Source of the DNA: Pseudomonadota bacterium
Lineage (GTDB): Bacteria; Bdellovibrionota_C; UBA2361; OMII01
Assembly: GCA_038134595.1 (NCBI GenBank)
Contig: JAYPVM010000012.1
Location: 16,332 to 80,331 of the forward strand
DNA length: 64,000 nucleotides
Direction: 5' to 3'
The notes beneath the pieces are model-generated. The model was not told the DNA's origin. It searched no databases and worked only from the letters and a program-made list of their open reading frames with translations. Numbering within the stretch: position 1 is the first letter of the stretch; every line of letters begins with the position of its first letter. Both the position numbers and the translations under genes were made by a program. Positions 60,578-64,000 of the stretch are shown one piece after another.

Positions 60578-61579
60578 TTAGGCTGCATTCTCGAGGGCTC
60601 CCTGCTGGAGCAACTCCTCAATTCGCGCGGCCTCAGGGATGGCGCCCGCAAATCGTGCGCTAAGCTCTTTTGCCTTCAAGGCTGTCAACAACGCTTCAGC
60701 TTGCTCACCACATGCGATATAAGACTGCGCTAACGCTACTAGGTCACGAATACTGAGCCACCCCGTGCTCTGACAGGCAGATGTCGCCAATTGCCGGGCG
60801 TAGTCAGGATTAAACACTACATCTGTTTGCTGAAGATATGTCCGCGCTAACAAGCGAAGTACTGTTGGATGCTCAGGTGCTATAGACAGCGCTCGTCGCA
60901 AATGGTGGCGAGCGTAATTAATCTTACCCTCGCTCAGTAAAACCTCTGCAAAAGCAAGCACTGCATCAAAGGGACCCTTATCCAAGGACGCCAATTGAGA
61001 CAGCCGGTCTCTAAACTCAAGTGCGCCCGTCTCAGCCAGCGCTAGTCGCACAGTCGCCACTTCAAATCTGGGGAATCCACCACCATCGCAATGAAACTGC
61101 CCCACAATCTCTCTTGCCTCTGCTAGATGCTCGCGCGTACCGCCACAATCGAGCGAGGCATTAATAAAAATAGTAGCCAATTCGGGGTCTGCTCCAAACC
61201 GAAGCACTGCCACTCGCGTAGTTGCTATTGCATCGAGCCCATACCCTAGCCACAACTGTAGGCGCGCAAGACGAATATATCCCTCTCGCAAATCGGGAGC
61301 CTCAGCAACAATCTGCTTTAAATACATCTCAGATTCAGAGAATTTACGCACTCGGAACAAACAGTGCGAGAGATCCAACATTGCATTAATACGAGCTGGA
61401 TTATGCGGATACTTTTCGAGCCCTCGCTTGTAGAGACCAATAGCGTGCGTGAAATCACCTGCCTCATACAGCGCACTGGCCTTAATCCACGACGCTACGG
61501 GAGCACTCTTCCACGCCGAAATCCACTGACGTGAACCGTGAAACATTCCCTTTATTGAAGCAAAAAGAGCCTTTACCAC
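60578..61579 (-). CDS. Tetratricopeptide repeat protein
   Basis: TPR-like units such as AIGLYKRGLEKYP and ARHHLRRALSIAPEHP..LRLLA. Confidence 0.8.
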   Translation of the reverse strand: MVKALFASIKGMFHGSRQWISAWKSAPVASWIKASALYEAGDFTHAIGLYKRGLEKYPHNPARINAMLDLSHCLFRVRKFSESEMYLKQIVAEAPDLREGYIRLARLQLWLGYGLDAIATTRVAVLRFGADPELATIFINASLDCGGTREHLAEAREIVGQFHCDGGGFPRFEVATVRLALAETGALEFRDRLSQLASLDKGPFDAVLAFAEVLLSEGKINYARHHLRRALSIAPEHPTVLRLLARTYLQQTDVVFNPDYARQLATSACQSTGWLSIRDLVALAQSYIACGEQAEALLTALKAKELSARFAGAIPEAARIEELLQQGALENAA

Positions 61580-61683
61580 ACAAAACTCCTAAAACGTACG
61601 CCACAACCTTTTTGGGCATAGTGATTTTTGGTTATATTTTCTATTCTGCTGATTACATAAAACTGCTTCAGGAAACCATAGCG

Positions 61684-63087
61684 ATGAGCACAAAAACCGA
61701 TTTAGCTACCTATTTTACAGGAAAAATAGCAGAATCTCGTATACTAAAAGACGCCGATTCATTGGCATTTTACGGAAAAGACTGGCTGGCTCGCTATACT
61801 CCAAACGCCTCGCTTGTTCTGTTACCCGAGAGCGAAGAAGAGGTATCTGAGATTATTAAAACCTGCGCCGCCAACAATCTAGCTGTGGTGCCATCTGGAG
61901 GCCGCACCGGCTTAAGTGGAGGCGCTACAGCTCAAAATGGTGAGATTATCATCTCGCTAGAGCGAATGCGAAAGATTCTAGACGTAAATCCCATCGACAG
62001 AACGATTCGATGCCAAGCAGGCACAACACTTGAAGCGCTCCAAAATGCCGCCAAAGATAACGGGCTTTTCTTCCCCGTAGACTTTTCAAGCCGCGGTTCA
62101 GCACAGATAGGTGGAGCTATCGCTACCAATGCAGGAGGCATACGGGTAATTAAGTACGGCTCCTTTCGTGAATCCGTAAGAGGGCTTCGCGCCGTTTTAG
62201 GAACTGGAGAAGTAGTCTCGATAAACGGCTCCCTTGTAAAAAACAATTCAGGCTACGACCTAAAGAACCTTCTGATAGGCTCTGAGGGCACGCTCGGGAT
62301 TATTACAGAGGCAACGCTTACACTGACCTCTCCTCCCAATGACACAGCGCGAATACTGTGTGGACTAGAATCTGTCTCCGCTGTGACAGAGCTATTAGCC
62401 TACTGCCACAAGACAACACTGGATATCTCAGCGTTTGAGTATATGGAAGCACTCCCTTACCAAGAAGTGCTTAAACATCGAGGACTAAAGAGCCCCCTCT
62501 CTAGCACTTACTCTGCCTATGTGCTTATCGAATGTGAAGTAACTCACAGTGCCCAACGAGAGGAGATACAGCAGGTGTTTTTACAAGCCTTCGAACAACA
62601 ACTCATTGTTGATGTGGTCGTAAGTGAATCAAGCGCTCAAGCCGAAGAGCTCATGAACCTCCGAGATCTTATCAGCGAGACACTCAGTCAACACCACACA
62701 CTACACAAAAACGATATCGCAGTACCTATTCCAGCGATCCCGGCATTTATTCGAGATCTTCATGCCCTTTTACAGAAACGATATCCTGACTTTCAGGTGG
62801 CACTCTTTGGGCATGTCGGAGACGGAAATATTCACGTAAATGTACTCAAACCTCAGAACCTCTCAGACGAGCTATTTCGAGCCCAATGTCACGAGGCCGA
62901 CCACGATATCTTCTCACTGATACGACAACACAAAGGCACCATCTCAGCAGAGCACGGCATCGGGCTCTTAAAGGCAGATTTTCTAAGCTACACCCGCAGC
63001 GCTGCTGAAATAGCGCTCATGAGGGGAATAAAGAAGCTCTTTGACCCACAGGCGATACTGAATCCGGGTAAGGTGCTTAGAGCATGA
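61684..63087 (+). CDS. FAD-linked oxidoreductase (GlcD / D-lactate / D-2-hydroxyglutarate dehydrogenase family)
   Basis: VPSGGRTGLSGGA, IGG.IATNAGG, GSEGTLGIIT, FGHVGDGNIH, ISAEHGIG, DP..ILNPGK; ATG 61684. Confidence 0.93.
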   Translation: MSTKTDLATYFTGKIAESRILKDADSLAFYGKDWLARYTPNASLVLLPESEEEVSEIIKTCAANNLAVVPSGGRTGLSGGATAQNGEIIISLERMRKILDVNPIDRTIRCQAGTTLEALQNAAKDNGLFFPVDFSSRGSAQIGGAIATNAGGIRVIKYGSFRESVRGLRAVLGTGEVVSINGSLVKNNSGYDLKNLLIGSEGTLGIITEATLTLTSPPNDTARILCGLESVSAVTELLAYCHKTTLDISAFEYMEALPYQEVLKHRGLKSPLSSTYSAYVLIECEVTHSAQREEIQQVFLQAFEQQLIVDVVVSESSAQAEELMNLRDLISETLSQHHTLHKNDIAVPIPAIPAFIRDLHALLQKRYPDFQVALFGHVGDGNIHVNVLKPQNLSDELFRAQCHEADHDIFSLIRQHKGTISAEHGIGLLKADFLSYTRSAAEIALMRGIKKLFDPQAILNPGKVLRA

Positions 63088-63237
63088 CACATGCCTTGTA
63101 AGTAGTCATATCTCTCAATTCGCTATCCACTGACGATTGTTACCGTTTTTTCTATTCAAGATATTTATATCACCGAAGTCGTTAAGCTCTTCATACCTTA
63201 GTCGAAATCATAAACCTTTGTACGAGAGATATGTGCT

Positions 63238-64000
63238 ATGAGCGCCTGGTATGAAACTGCCACAACTCAAACTGCTTCCACAATGCCGGACACCGCGACA
63301 GACCAGGGGCCGTACTTAAACGTTGTCACTCTATCCAGACCTTCCATTTTTCCTCACATATTTGAGGCATCTGACAGCGCATTCGCACAATACCGCGATG
63401 AAAAATTCAGTTCACCGCTCCAACGAGAGCTCTTTAATCTCTATAGAAAAGCATACCTCTCTGACTCTGGAACAATTTCGCTCGCTGATGGGGGGCTAGA
63501 GCTGGGAGGCGCTGATGGAGTAATTGGTCCTCAAGGAAAAACGCAAATGATGTTTCCCCTCTTAAATGGGGAAGTTGTTGGAGGTAAGGCCGCTATTGGC
63601 CTCCCAAGCTCTTGCTCTCAAATAAAACTTCTTTCAATTACAAAAGATACTGAAAAAAGAGGACTGTGGCTTGAGATCTCAGCGATAGACAAAAATAACC
63701 AGCCAACAACTCGCAAAGTTCTTCTCTTACATAAACCGATAGACGATATTAAGCGTGGGGGGGGAAGAGAACAGACTTCCATAATTTCAGAAGCTGATCT
63801 TAATCACGTTACCCTAGTAGATACGCTTACAGATCTCTATAGAGAAGCTACTACTAATGGCTCTGTCGACCTAACAGATTCTCCGCTAGAGCTGGGGGGA
63901 GATGGTGGAGTGATTGGTTCGAGCGGAAGACCGAAAACAACCTTTCCCCTCTTAAATGAGGAAGTTGTTGGAGCTAACGCCTCTATTGGTCTCCCAAAGC
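63238..64000 (+). CDS. Partial ORF (runs off the window) containing an internal 130-aa repeat
   Basis: Open from ATG 63238 (MSAWYETATTQ…) to the window end with no stop. Absent from the ORF track because it is truncated. Confidence 0.75.
   Translation, partial: MSAWYETATTQTASTMPDTATDQGPYLNVVTLSRPSIFPHIFEASDSAFAQYRDEKFSSPLQRELFNLYRKAYLSDSGTISLADGGLELGGADGVIGPQGKTQMMFPLLNGEVVGGKAAIGLPSSCSQIKLLSITKDTEKRGLWLEISAIDKNNQPTTRKVLLLHKPIDDIKRGGGREQTSIISEADLNHVTLVDTLTDLYREATTNGSVDLTDSPLELGGDGGVIGSSGRPKTTFPLLNEEVVGANASIGLPK
63439..64000 (+). repeat. Degenerate direct repeat, period 390 nt
   Basis: CTAGAGCTGGG at 63496 and 63886; TTTCCCCTCTTAAATG at 63553 and 63943. Confidence 0.85.

Noticed and set aside
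1..64000. CRISPR arrays, tRNA/rRNA genes, IS elements, integrases, and the many antisense ORFs in the track
   Set aside because: No regularly spaced repeats, cloverleaf/rRNA signatures or transposase/recombinase motifs were seen by eye. The antisense ORFs overlap well-supported genes and are treated as shadows.

Overview
This is a chromosomal window from a flagellated diderm bacterium. Gene content and style suggest a Deltaproteobacteria/Bdellovibrionota-like lineage, which is inference only. Most of it is recognisable housekeeping DNA: pcnB-lptB-rpoN-hpf-rapZ-metK, a SulP plus beta-carbonic anhydrase pair, a GH63/GH57/GT4/glucokinase carbohydrate cluster, trmB, gluconokinase, an ABC exporter, hppD, flgF-G-A-H-I-J-M-N and flgK-L, hemF, a SufU-like gene and an FAD-linked oxidase. 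I found no rRNA, tRNA, CRISPR array, integrase or transposase. The strongest candidate for an undescribed system is at 11431-16814 (-). It pairs a tandem-duplicated MoxR/CoxD-like AAA+ ATPase, with two intact ATPase modules exactly 336 aa apart, with a 1052-aa helical protein carrying about 8-11 degenerate annexin-like repeats where a VWA partner would be expected. Both proteins share an N-terminal KKIxFR motif. Other notable items are an isolated traF/traH/traG-like trio with no other conjugation genes in view, three sigma54-type sites (one readable on both strands), an orphan minimal flagellin, a Cys-stapled secreted helical hairpin, and a 130-aa-repeat ORF truncated at the right edge. All calls come from motif recognition by eye; no database searches were run.
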